Assembly (NCBI GenBank): GCA_004431415.1 | Contig: QPMI01000318.1 | Coordinates: forward strand, 1-64,000 | Direction of reading: 5' to 3' | Source of the DNA: Cyanophora paradoxa CCMP329 | Lineage: Eukaryota > Plantae > Glaucophyta | DNA: 64,000 nt | In this document: one piece after another, positions 24,307 to 36,136 of the stretch | How positions within the stretch are numbered: position 1 is the stretch's first letter | How the letters are laid out: every line of letters begins with the position of its first letter | Notes under the pieces: model-generated | Databases searched by the model: none | Told to the model about the DNA's origin: nothing | The model's input: the letters and a program-made list of their open reading frames with translations, nothing else | Made by a program: the position numbers and the translations under genes

Positions 24307-25711
24307 CCCTCCCCCCCAGTCGGGGCCAACGCCGTCCCCGCTCCTCTGATCCAGTCGGACCCCAGGGCCCATGGCGGTGGCTTTGTTTTGGGCAACCTCG
24401 ACTCTTGCGATGCCAGGTACCGCGCGCGTGCTCGTTGCATGCCTTTTCTAACTTCCTTCCATTCCAGTCTGCGCCTCCTCTGCAACTCCGCCCGCTGCGT
24501 CGTCGTCTCGTGCGCCCGCGCCCCGCCCCCCGCCAGCGCCCGACCCCTCGCTCACGCCCGTCGCCGGGGCAGCGTGGGTGCGGGGGCGGGGCGGGCGGGG
24601 CGGGGCGGGGCGGGCGGGGCGGGCGGGGGGCTCAGGGGGGGCGGGCGGTGCGCAGACTACCGGCTGGCGCCGGAGCACGCGTTCCCCGTGCCGGCGATGG
24701 ACGTCTACTACGCCACCAAGTGGGTCGCCACCAACGCCTCCGCCCTCGGCATCGACGGTCGCCCCCCGCGCCCCGACCCCGCCCCCGCCCCCGCCCCCTC
24801 CCTTCAGCTCACCTTCCCGCCTCTCGTCTGCCGCAGCGAGCCGCCTCGCCATCGGCGGAGGTGCCCCGCCCCGCCCTCCCCGCCCCCGCCGCCCCCGCAC
24901 GCCCTGACATGTCGTGGGGACGGCAGACAGCGCGGGAGGTGCGGGCAGCGGGAGCGCGCGTGGGGGCGGGGGCGTGGGCGGGGTTGACGGCGGGGGGCAG
25001 GGAACCTGGCGACGATCGCGGCGATCCTGGCGAAGAAGAGCCGCAGCGTCCGCCTCGCCTTCCAGGTCCTCGTCTACCCCGTCACCAGTGCCTCCCCGGC
25101 CCCCCTCGCGCGCGCGCGCTGCCGGGGGGGCAGAGGGGCGCTGAGGGCGGGGGCAGACTTCGACCTGTCGACGGCCTCGTACCGGCGCTTCGCGAAGGGC
25201 TATGGCCTCACCGCTGCCGAGATGCTCTGGTTCTGGTCCGCGCCCCGCCCCGCGCCGCCCCCCTGCCCCCGCCTCGCGCCGCCTCCCCGCCTTGCGCCGA
25301 GGGCCGCCGCAGGAGCAAGTACCTGCCGACGGAGGCGGACGGGAGCGACTGGCGGGCCTCCCCCTTGCGCGCCCCGCTCGTCCGCCCCGCCCGCCCCGCC
25401 CCGTCCCGCCGCGGGTGCCCGGGGCGGGGGGCTCAGCAGGGCGGGGCGGGGCGCAGGATGCGCTGCAGCAGCTGCCGCCGACGCTGGTGGTGACGGCGGA
25501 GGCGGACGTGCTGCGGGACGAGGGGGCGGCCTACGCGGCGCGCCTCGCGGCGGCCGGCGTGCGGGTCGAGTTCAGCGAGTACGCCGGCCTCATCCACGGC
25601 TTCTTCCGCCACAGCGACTGCCTGGCGAGCGCGCGCGAGGTCGTCCTCGAGATCGCCGTCGAGCTCTGCGCCGCCTTCTACCGCCCCGACGACCCCGACC
25701 CCGCCCGCTAG
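23562..25711 (+). CDS. Alpha/beta hydrolase, HSL/GDXG-family lipase-esterase
   Basis: [28 protein letters not shown] (nucleophile on a 12-nt exon 24927-24938), [21 protein letters not shown]. Confidence 0.9.
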
Positions 25712-25790
25712 CCCCGCCCCGCCCCCACCCCCTCTGCCGCCTCTGCACGCGCGTTTTTTGTGAACAGAGAGCGGGAGAGGGTGGGTGCGG

Positions 25791-28700
25791 CTAGTTGGGG
25801 CCCCTGGCGGCGCGCTTCTGCTCGAGGGTGCGGGCGAGGAAGGGGACGTCGGCGCGCGGGGCGCCCCCGGGGGCGATCTCGAGCTCGAGGGCCGCGGCGT
25901 CCACGAGGCAGACCTCCTCGCGCCCCTGCGCGCAGTAGTAGACGAGCGCCTCCACGCGGGCCCGGCCGCGCCCCTCGAAGGCGAGCTCCAGCGGCCGCCC
26001 GACGGCGAGGGCGCCCTCCTGCGCGCCCCGCGCGAGCCGCACGTCGCCCTCGAGCCGCAGCACCTGGTAGCGGCTCGTCGCGCCCTTCGTGGGGGCGTAG
26101 CCCTCGGGGAGGGCGGCGGTGAGGGCGAGGCGCCCGCCGCTGGCGAGGGCCGCCGCCTCCAGCGAGACCGCCCGCCGCGTCGCCAGCGGCGTCGCCTCCT
26201 GCCGGCCCCGGCCCCCCGTCGGCCCCGCCCCAACGCCCCGCGCGGGCGGCGCACCTCGGCGGCGGGCAGGGCGCCGGCGCGGGTGGCGGCGGCGGCGGCG
26301 GAGCGGGCGGCCGCGGCGGCGCGCGTCTCCGGCACGGAGCCGAGGTCGAGGGTGGTCACCTGCGGGGCGCGGGGCGCTCGCGGGGGCGGGGCGGGGCGCG
26401 GCGGGGGGCGGGCCTGGAGGGTGGCGAGGTCGATGGAGCGGATGGCGCCGTTGTTCGTGTCGGCGACGAGCAGGGCGCCGCCGCCCGGGGCCAGCGCCAG
26501 GCCCGCCGGCTCGCTGAACATCGCCTCGCCCGCCGCCCCGTCCCTGAACCCCGCCTTCCCCGTCCTGCGCGCCCCCTCAGGCCCGCGGCGGGCGGGGCGG
26601 GGCGGGGCGGGGCGGACCCGGCGAGGGTGCGGATGGAGGCGGAGGCGACGTCGACGCGCTTGATCCTGCCCGCCCCGCCCCGCCTCGGCTGCGGCGCGGC
26701 GCGGCGCGGGGCGCGGGGCGGACTTGTGGTTGTACGAGTCGGCGACGTAGAGGAGGCCGGTCTCGGGGCAGCAGACGCCGAGCGGGTGCTGCAGGCGCGC
26801 CCCCGACCCCGACCCGTCCACGTCCCCGAACCTGGCCCCGCCCCCTCAGCCGGGCGCGCGGCGCGGGGCGCTGGGGCGGGGCGGGGGCGGACGCGAAGAG
26901 GTTGGCGGCGAGGAGCGGGTCGCCCCCGACGAGCGTCCGCGTCGCCCGCCCCGCCTCGTCCACCACCCGCACCGAGCTGCTCTCCGAGTCCTGCCCCCGC
27001 CCCGCCCCGTCGCGCCGGCACGCTCGCGGGGTGGTCTGGGGCGGGGCGGTGGTGGCGGACGGCGATGTAGAGGACGCCGGTGGCGGGGTCGAAGGCGAGG
27101 CCCGACGGCTGCGCGAAGGCCGCCTCCGCGAGGTCCCGCCCGCTCACGTTCGCGTTCAGCTCCCGCCCGCTCCCCGCCACCCGCCGCGTCTCCCCCGAGG
27201 CGAGCTCGTGGGCCCAGATCTGGTGCGTCCCCGCCATCGCCACGTAGACCGCCCCGCCCCGCACCGCCACGTCCCACGGCGAGCTCAGCTCCTGCGCCGC
27301 CCCCTTCCGGCCGCCCTTGTAGTCCCGCCCCTGCCGCGCGCCCGCCGGCCTCGGGCGCAGGCGGGGGCGGGGGCGGGGGCGGGGCGGGCGGGGGCGGGGC
27401 GGGCCTGGGTGCCGGTGCCGGCGAGGGTGCGGACGCGGCCGGCGGCGAGGTCGACCTCGCGCAGCGCGTGCGCCTCCGTGTCCTGCGCACCCGCCCCTCA
27501 CCCCAGTGCGCCCCGCGCCGGGGGGGGGGCCACCCGGCCGCACCGCCACGTAGAGGCAGTCGCGCGCCGCGTCGCTGCGGCGGGGCCCGTCGCGCGCGGC
27601 GGGAGGGGCGGGGCGCGCGCGGGCGCACTAGGCGAGGCCCTGGGGCCGATAGAAGCGCGCCGAAGCGAAGTCGCCATCCTGCAGGCCCGCCTCCCCGCTC
27701 CCCACCTGCCGACCCGCCCCTCGCACGGCGGCCGGGGCGGGAGCGGGCGCGGGGGGTGCGGGCCTGGTCGATGAAGCGGCCGGCGGCGTCGGTGATGACG
27801 ATGCGGTTGTTGTTCGAGTCGCTCACGAAGAGCCGCCCTGCGCCCCCGCCCGCCCCGATGTCGGCAGGGATCGGAGCCCCGGCGCAGCCGCCGCGGCAGC
27901 GCCGCCGCGCGCACCGCCGGCCGAGTCGACGGCGAGCTTGCCCGGGTAGCGGAGGGTGGAGGGGGCGGGGCGCGCGTCGCCCTTGTCCCGCTCGAGGGCG
28001 ATCGGGAGGGGCGCGGCGTTGAGGTCCTGTGCGCGCCGCGGGTGAGGGGCGCGGGGCGGGGGCGGGGCGGGGGCGCGGGGCGCGCGGCGGCGTAGAACTG
28101 GAGCGCGGCGGCGATGAACGCGTCGAGGTTATCCTGCGCCCGCCTCGGCGCCGGCGCGGCGGGGGGGCGGGGCGGGCGCACGCGCTGCTTCTCGCCGGAG
28201 AGGCGGGCGATGACGCGGCCGGAGCGGGGCGAGACGAGGGCGAAGGTCGGCCACGAGTCGACCTGGGGGCGGCGCGGGGCAGGTCGGGGGCGGGGCGGGG
28301 CCGGGCCGGGGGGCGGGTGGGCGGGTGGGCGGACGCCGAGGCGGGACCAGAGGCGCATGGCGGGGTCGTTGACGACCGGGTGCTCGATCTGCGCGCCCCC
28401 GCCCGCCCCCTTCCTCGCTCGCTCGCGGGGCGGGGCCAGGGAGGGCGCGGGGGGCGGGCGGGCCTCGTAGCGGAGGACGGCCTCGCGGATGTTGGCCGAG
28501 TCCTGCTCGTTGTCGAACTTGGCCGAGTGCACGCCCACCACCGCCAGCTGCGCCCCGCCCCGCTCTCCCGCCCCGCCCCCCCGCCCCGCGAGGCCCCGCG
28601 CACCGCCTCGTGCCGGTACTTCTCCTCCAGGTAGGCCTGCACGGGGCCCTCGGCCCGGCCCCGGCGGGCAGGGCCCCAGGGCGCCCCGCGGCGCACCAGG

Positions 28701-29615
28701 TCCGGCAGCACGTGCTGCGCGGCGCCGGGTCAGCGGGGCGGAGGGGTACGGGGTGGGGTGTGGGGCGGGGAGTATACGAGATACCATACAGTTGATACAA
28801 CAGTAGGTCCTTTTTTTTGCGGGGGGCCGGAGGGCGTCAGCGGGCCGGATGGGTGCGGGGCAGGGTCTGGGGCGGGCGGGCCAGAAGTCGAAGAGGACGA
28901 GCTTGCCCTTGAGCTCGCGCTTGGTGCTCAGCGGGCGCGACACGTTGAGCCACTCGAGGCCCTCGGGGAAGTCCCCCACATACAGGCCCGTCGGCGCCCG
29001 CTCGATCTCCTCCCTGCCGCCCCGCACGCGTCAGCCGCCCCGCCCCGCCCCGCCCTCCCGCCCCGCCGCCCCGCCGCCCCGCCGCCGCGCACAAAAACTC
29101 CATGATTTCGCGCAGGTCGTTGTCCGAGCTACGCACCGCCGAGATGCGTTAGCGGGCCGCTTGCACAGAGGGCGTGCACGCGCGGGGGCGTATGCGCACT
29201 AGGTGGCGGCGTTGGCAGGGAGAACAGCGTTCATGAGGGCGCGCGGCGAGACCTGCGGGGGGTCAGGGCCTCGGCCCAGCAGCGCGGCCGGCAGCAGGGG
29301 GCGCACATAGCGGAGCATTTTGGTGCGATCGATCACCCACGCCATGGAGGCCGTGCCGGCCGCGACGGAAGTCCAGCGGAGGATCTCGCGGCGCGAGACC
29401 GGGCGCCTGCTTGAGCCCGACGCCGGCGAGCCCGGCGCATCAACAGGCTGATTGCCGGCATCCTCCTTCTCCGCCCGCGCGGCCGTGCGGGACGCCCTGT
29501 CGCTGCGCTGCGGCCTCGCGTGCGGTTCGGCCGGCGCGCGTACGGCTTGGCCCAGGAACGCGCGACGACCGGCGACGCCCACCGGCAGTGACGAAACAAA
29601 CGCCAGCTGCTCCAT
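25791..29615 (-). CDS. SOQ1/NHLRC2-like thioredoxin + NHL beta-propeller protein, plastid-targeted, without HAD domain
   Basis: MEQLAFVSSLP transit peptide; SRREILRW..TM..RYVSPRALMNA segment like plant SOQ1; Trx-like [48 protein letters not shown]; NHL repeats LRYPGKL, SSPWDV, AMAGTHQIW, FAQPSGL, LQHPLGV, ADSYNHKIK, FSEPAGL. Confidence 0.88.
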
Positions 29616-29903
29616 CTGTGCGGTCGCACGTGCAGGTTGAGCCCACTTCCAGTTTGCGTACCCGGCAAACTTTCGATTTCGGGCATCGTAATCGTAATCG
29701 CAACTGCCAGGGCCGGCCCCGGGCCCGCGCGCGCATAAGCATTCAGATTCAAGTATAGCTGGCGCGCTCAGTCTCTTCCCGAACTCACAGCCAAGCACTG
29801 TGCGTGTCGCTCGCCGCCGCCCTCCGAGCGCCACTCGCATGCGCTCATGTCAAATGTTTCGCAGCGCGCACCTCGCAACCGCGCGGCGGCGGGGCTGTGA
29901 GGG

Positions 29904-31428
29904 ATGGCGGCACGAGGCTTTGCTCAGAGGATTCGATTGTGTTTCTTCGCGACGCTGGCCGTGCAGCTGGTCTTCGTGGTAACAACAGGCTTCACGTACC
30001 GCGATGCAACAATTGAATCCGCGTTCAATGAGCTCACCGTGCTGGCGGACTCGGATTACGCGAAGAACGCGGCGAGCTTCGCGGCCACGCTTCCGGAGAT
30101 CGACAGCACCCTGGACTCTGTCGGGCTGCCTACGGACCGGGGCCGGCCGCTAGAGGAGCGGCGCTTCCTGACGGACAAGCGAAAGGAGCAGATCGCGGAG
30201 AGCGGGCGCTTCCAGATCGACGACCAGGCGCAGGGGGCGCCGGAGACGGACATCGCGCGGCTGCGGGCCTACGCGCGGCTCGTCGCCTCGTACGGCTCTG
30301 ACAAGGCGGAGCTCAACGCTCTCGAGCGCCTCCTCGCCCGCATCGGGCCCAGCGTCCGCTGCGAGCAGGCGCGCCCCGCCGCCCCGCCCCGCCGCCCCGC
30401 CGCGGCGAGCCGCCGCCGCAGTGGTGGCGGGTGTTCGGCCTGGAGCGGGGCCCCACGTCCCCCGACCTCAAGTTCATCGACACGTTCAACCGGTCCGCCC
30501 CGCGCCCCGCCGCCGGCCCCCGCCTCGCGCGCGCGGGGGGCAACGGGCGGGGGCGGCAGGCACGGGGAGGCGGTGCGGCTGTTCGAGAAGTGCATGCTGC
30601 CGTCGGTGTGCGCGGAGGGGGCGCACAGCGTGTCGCAGTACGGGCAGGAGCTGGTCGTGCTGCGCCGCCACGGCAAGCACCGCCCCGGCTTCTTCGTCGA
30701 GATCGGCTCCGGCGACGGCGTCCGCCCCGCCCCGCCCCGCCCCCGCCCCGCCCCGCCCCGCCCCGCCCCCGGTGGCGTCGGACGCGCTGAGGCGGCGCAG
30801 GTGACGCACAGCACGACGTACCTGCTGGAGAAGTGCTGGGGCTGGGAGGGCATCTGCATCGAGGCGAGCCCGGCGCACGCGGGGGCCCTCGCGCGGATGC
30901 GGCGCTCGTGCCGGCCGCTGGCGCTGGCGGTGGCGGGGCGGGAGGAGGCGGGGGCGGCCTTCCGGCTCGCGGGGGAGCTCTCGGGGCTCGTCGCCCACTA
31001 CGACCGCCGCACCCTCGACCGCGTCGTCCGCCCCGCCCGCCCCGCACCCGCCCCGCCCCTCCGCATGACGCGGCGCCGCAGGAGCGGGACTTCCCCGAGG
31101 GGGCGACGGTGGAGGTGCAGGCGGCGTCGCTGCCGGCGGCGCTCGCCCTGGCCGGCGTGGGCGCGGGGAGGCGGATCGACTACCTGGCGATCGACGCGAG
31201 CGGGGCGGAGCTGGCGGTGCTGGAGGGGGCGGGCCTGCAGGGCCTCGACGTCGGCCTCGTGACGGCCGCCAACCTCTACCTCGAGAGCCACCTCTGCGAC
31301 TTCATGAAGCCCCGCGGGCCCGCCCCCGCCCCCGCCCCGCCCCCCGCCGGGCCGGCGGCCGAGGCGGGGCGCGCAGGTTCGTGTGCGACCAGGTGGCGGG
31401 GGACGACCTCTTCTACCGCCCCAAATAG
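29904..31428 (+). CDS. FkbM-family (Methyltransf_21) SAM methyltransferase with N-terminal membrane anchor
   Basis: SQYGQE, GFFVEIGSGDG|VTHSTTYLLEKCWGWEGICIEA, IDYLAIDASGAELAVLEG, ends DDLFYRPK*. Hydrophobic N-terminal segment. Confidence 0.8.
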
Positions 31429-31711
31429 CCCCCGGCCGCGGGGACGGCGCCCCCGCCCCCCCCGCCTTCTCCCTGCTCTCGGCCCCCCCTCTGCTCCTCT
31501 CCGACGCGGCCCTTCCCGCCGCATGTCCCGCCCCGGGGCCTCCGAGGGCCCCCCACGAGCCTCGCCACGCGCATCCTCTTGCGCAGCGCCCCTCCCCGCC
31601 ACCTCCCGCCCTCCGCAGGCCCCGCCAGCTCTTCGAAGAGTTCGAACCAGCACAAGACCTCTGAAAGCAAATACCACAACACGGGGCGCCCCAGGCGCGC
31701 TACGGGGCGCC

Positions 31712-33171
31712 TCAGGGGGCCCGAGGCTCGTCGGGCCCCTGGGCGGCGAGGGAGATGGAGGATGTGGGGCGCTGGGGGGCGTCCGGAGGGGGGCCCTCCC
31801 CCGGCGCAGTGACGGCCAGGCCGAGGGAGGCGACCGAGGCCGGCGGGAGGGCTTCCCGGGGAGGGGCGCCCCCGGGGAGGGATTTGCGCTGCTGCTCCTC
31901 CGACCTGCACGCCGGTCAGCGGCGGGCAGGGAAGGGGTGGGGATGGGGGGCGGCGGCGCACTCGAGGCGCTGGGCGATCTGGCGGGCGCGCTTCTTGATC
32001 TGGTCGACCTGGTCCTGGGAGTAGTCGGAGGGGATCTGGTCGTAGAGCTCCATGAAGAGGACGTCGTCGCCGCGCTTGATCGCCGCCGCCAGCCGCTTCG
32101 CCAGCGACTCGTCCTGCTTCGAGAGGATCACCTCGCCGCCCTCCCCCGCCCCCTCCAGGTGCGCGTTGAAGAGCTCCGAGAGCGACTCCCCCTCGCCGGC
32201 GCTCGCGACCACCCGGTGGGCCACCGCGCGCCGCTCCAGGTCCCACAGCGCCGTCTTTGCCGCGTCGATGAAGCCCATGCCGCCCCGCGCTCCGGAGCCG
32301 CGCCGCGCCGTCGCCTCCCCCGCCCCGCCCCCCGACGCCACCCCCAGCAGCAGCGGCAGGCCCTCCAGCTGCGCCCCCGAAAGCGTCGGCCGGCGGGGCG
32401 GGGCGGGGAGGGCGGGGCGGGGCACGGGCGCACGGAGATGGGGGGCGGGCGGAGGAGGGAGGGGAGGCCGAAGTGCCCGAGGGAGGAGGTGGTGCGCAGC
32501 GCGTGCAGGCGGCTCTCCAGCTCCCGCCGCTGCACCGCCCCGCCCCGGGCCCCCGCCTGGGCCCCCATCTCTGCCAGCAGGTTCCGCCGCCGCAGCGGCG
32601 GGATCGACTCCTTTTTGCACTTTTCCCGCTTCGCCGGCGTCATGCGCGTGAACGGGTGCCGCCTGCGCCCCGTCGCGCGTCCCGTGAGGCGAGCCAGACG
32701 GGGCTCGGTGGTGGGGGCCGACCCGACGGGCAGGACGACCGCTTGCAGCGTCGCCGGTGCCGTCCTCACGCGCTGGAGCGCCCTCTCGAAGGGGTTTGCT
32801 GTTTGCTCGCCCCGGCCCCCGCCGGGGCCCACCGCTGGCATCAGCGGCGGAGGCCGGGGCGGGGGGGGTGCTTGCGGCTCCTCCGGCACGCTGCGGGCAG
32901 CCGAAGCACCGCCTCTAGCTAAATCTAAACCTGCTTGGGCGTCTTTTGCTGCGGCAAGCTTTGCATCCTTCTCGGCTATCAGCCGCTTGCGGTAAGACTG
33001 GAACCAGTCGGCGACAACTTGGTCAGAGCGATGCATCTGCCAGGCCGGAGCACGCGGCTGGCTCTGGTAATGATGTACAGGCCTGGGGCCGTGGACTGAC
33101 GCCTGGAGCCCCTCATCGTCGTCCTCGCTGCCCCCTGTGGACGGAAACAGCGAGTCGAAGAAGCGGGGCAT
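31712..33171 (-). CDS. Hypothetical protein
   Basis: Spliceable ORF MPRFFDSLFP...FIDAAKTALWDLERRAV...DDVLFMELYDQIP...DEPRAP* with coding-like codon use. No recognisable domain. Confidence 0.55.
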
Positions 33172-33370
33172 GGGGCCGGCGGGGCCGGCCAGGCGCCGGC
33201 CGAGCGTAGCGCAACTCCTGCAGGCTGCTGTGTGGCCGTGCGGGCCGCCAGAGAGCGGCTAGGAGAGCAGCGCGGTTACTGGGTACGAGGCAGGAGTTAC
33301 TGGCAGTTACTGGGTGCGGTGTTTTTTTGTTCACGCGGCCTCTTTCGGCGCGTTCGTTCAGTCCGCAAAC

Positions 33371-35767
33371 ATGGCGGGCAAGGATGCGGAGGTCACCTCC
33401 GACCTGAAGATGACCAGCGCCGCGGGCGGCGGCGCCGGCATCTACCTGATTGTGCAGCTGGCGGTGGTCCTGGCTCTGGGCGCTTTCTCCTACTTCACCA
33501 TCGTCCCCATGCTTGGCGACGCGACGAGCCTTCCGGCGCGCTTCGTCGCCTACACGCAGGAGAACGCCCTGGTCTGGCAGATTCCCGCGTTCTTCGTGTC
33601 GTGCTATGTGGCGTTCCGCCTGGTCTTCTCGCTGTCCAACTCGGTCAGCTCGAAGCCGGCGAAGCTCTACGAGCGCGCCAAGTCGAGCGATGTGCGTGAT
33701 GAGATATCGCGCGCGCGCGCCGGAGGTCGGGCGCGGCTGACCAGGGACGCGTCCCGCGCTCTGCTGCTTCGTCGCGCAGGACTTCTACGATGTCGCCATC
33801 GTCGGCTCGGGCCCCAGCGGCTCGGTCTGCTCGTTCTACCTCACTCGTGATCACAAGGCGCGTGTCCTGGTGCTCGAGAAGAAGAAGTTCCCCCGCGACA
33901 AGTACTGCGGCGATGCCGTCCCCGCTGCCTGCCACCCCATCATGGTTCGCGCGCCGCCGGCGCGCGTCGGTTATTTTCGTGCTCACGCCGCCGCAGGACG
34001 ACATGGGCGTGCTCAAGCAGATCCTCGACGCCAAGAAGGGCCACCCGGTACAGTTTTGTTTAGTTACGCGACTTCTTTCGCGCCTAAAATGACTCCGCAG
34101 GCCGACAACGGTGGCATGATCAGCCCCGGCGGTCTCACTTTCATTGGGCGCTCGGCCGGCGAGATCGGGCGCAACGCCGTCATCGGCATCCGCCGCATTG
34201 TGCTCGATGAGCACCTGGCCATGGCCTCCCGCAAGGCCGGCACCGACCTTAAGGAGAACAGCGAGGTCATGGTGCGCCGACGCCCGCCCCGCCCCGCCCT
34301 GCGCCGGGCGGGGCCCTCAGGCTTGTGCAGGGCGCCAAGTTCGACCGCTCCACCGGCCTGTGGACCATCGAGGTTAAGCGCTGGGAGGGCGGCGCCGACA
34401 ACGAGTGGGCCGTCGAGAACATGACCGGCGAGAACAAGTCCACCGGTCCGCGCGCCGCATCCGCCGCGCCATCCCGCGCGTTGGCTCACTTCGCGCTGCT
34501 TTGCAGAGGTGATCACGTACAAGGCGCGCGCGCTGGTGTGCGCGGACGGCGCGACCTCGACCCTTGCTCGCAAGCTCGGCATCGTCAAGACCGCCCCCGA
34601 GGGCGTCTGCTCCCGCGCCTACGTCCAGGTCCGTGCGCCGCTCCGCGTCCCGGCGGCGCGGGCGGGGCGGGGTGTGAGCGTGGCGGGGGCGCAGGGCGAC
34701 TCGCACAACTTCAAGGCGGACGGCGTCGTCTTCTACCCGCCCAAGCTCCTGCCCGGCTACTGCTCCGTCTTCCGCGTCGGCGCCGACCAGCACGACCTCT
34801 CCTTCTGCTGCTACATCATCCCCGGTCCGCCCGCCCCCGCCCCCGCCCCCGCCGCCCCAGCGCCAACGTGATGAGAACTGGATTCCCCTTCGTGATCACT
34901 CGCTGAACGAACAAAAAACACAGCTCACTCTGATTCCGCGCCCTCCAAAAAACCAAATAAAGCTAGTTGCCGGCGGCGTGCGCCGGGGCGCGGCTGACGC
35001 GGGGGAGCGCTGCAGGCAACCCGAAGGTGACGGAGAAGGAGCTGCCGACCCTGCACCACGACATCATCAAGAACGACCCCTACGTCTCCAAGGCCCTCGG
35101 TCCGCCCGCCCGCCGCTCGCGAGCCGTGCGCGGCGGGGCCGGGGCGAGCGGGCGGGGGGGCGGCAGGCCCGAACGCCAAGCTGGAGCGCATGAAGGCGGC
35201 GTCGCTGCGCCTGGGCGGCGTGCCGAAGAGCTACGGCGAGCACGTCGTGCTCGTCGGCGACGCCGCCGGCACCATCGACCCGCTCACCGGCGAGGGCATC
35301 CACACCGCCATGATCACCGGCAAGATGGCCTCGATCGTCCTCGGCGAGGCGATCAAGACCGGCAACTACAGCGAGGGCCACATGGCCAAGTACCACGCCA
35401 TGTGGATGAAGGAGTTCGGCGCCGACTTCTACTGGTCGATGAAGGGCGCGCAGCTCCTGTACAAGTTCCCGCTGCTCCTCGACGCCGCCTGCGCGGCCGT
35501 CCAGCGCAAGGGGCCCGAGTTCCTCGGCGAGTGGGCCCTGGTGCGTTCCTTGGCCCCGCCTCGCCCCGCCGGCGCCCGGCGGCTCACGGGGGCGGGGGGC
35601 AGATCATGACGAACCAGCGGCCGAAGATCGACCTGATCAAGCCGCGCATCGCCTTCCCGATCGTGACGGAGATCATCTCGCAGTTCGTCCAGCAGAAGAT
35701 CCTCGGGCGCCCGACCCCGCGCTCCAAGATCGACAAGGAGCTCGCCGCCGCCAAGAAGGACAAGTAG
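33371..35767 (+). CDS. Geranylgeranyl reductase-family FAD oxidoreductase with two N-terminal TM helices and KKxx tail
   Basis: YDVAIVGSGPSGS, LEKKKFPRDKYCGDAV, IRRIVLDEHL, CADGATS, LVGDAAGTIDPLTGEGIHTAM; ends AAAKKDK*. Confidence 0.88.
34863..34938 (+). ncRNA. Intronic box C/D snoRNA, U29/snR71-like candidate
   Basis: AT-rich island in an unusually long intron. Box C GTGATGA 34868-34874, box D CTGA 34930-34933. The guide AAACACAGCTCAC is complementary (1 mismatch) to conserved LSU rRNA GUGAGCUGGGUUU. A second element GGATTCCCCTT, complementary to LSU AAGGGGAAUCC, precedes a D'-like GTGA at 34892. Confidence 0.75.
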
Positions 35768-36136
35768 GCGGCCGCCCGGCCCGAGCCCTCCCCCCCCGCT
35801 TCCCTCCCCCCGATGGCAGCCCCATTCGTGCTGCACGGCAGCGAATGTCTGTAATTCTATGTTTTCCAAAGAGCAGTTTCCTTTCCTCCGACGAGCGCCG
35901 CGCCGCGAGTTACGCGTGCGGCAGTTGCGCGTGCGGCAGTTACGGCACAAGGCAGTTACTCGCAGGCAGTGCACGTGCGCGGATTGTTTACATAAAGAGA
36001 TCGCAGGCGCTCTAGGACGTTAACGCACGGGTCACTGTGCAGAAATGGCGCGAATATTGATCGCAGGGTACGCCGTCCGCGCCAGTATCGATATCCCCCT
36101 CGAGCTCGATCCCGCTCCGCGCGGTGCCTCGGCAAG

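Noticed and set aside
28720-28784. GTATCTC donor in SOQ1 (and GTATCTT in GPx) as further U12 introns
   Set aside because: They do not match RTATCCT, and U2-type CTGAC/CTGAT branch points rather than a U12 branch lie near the acceptors.
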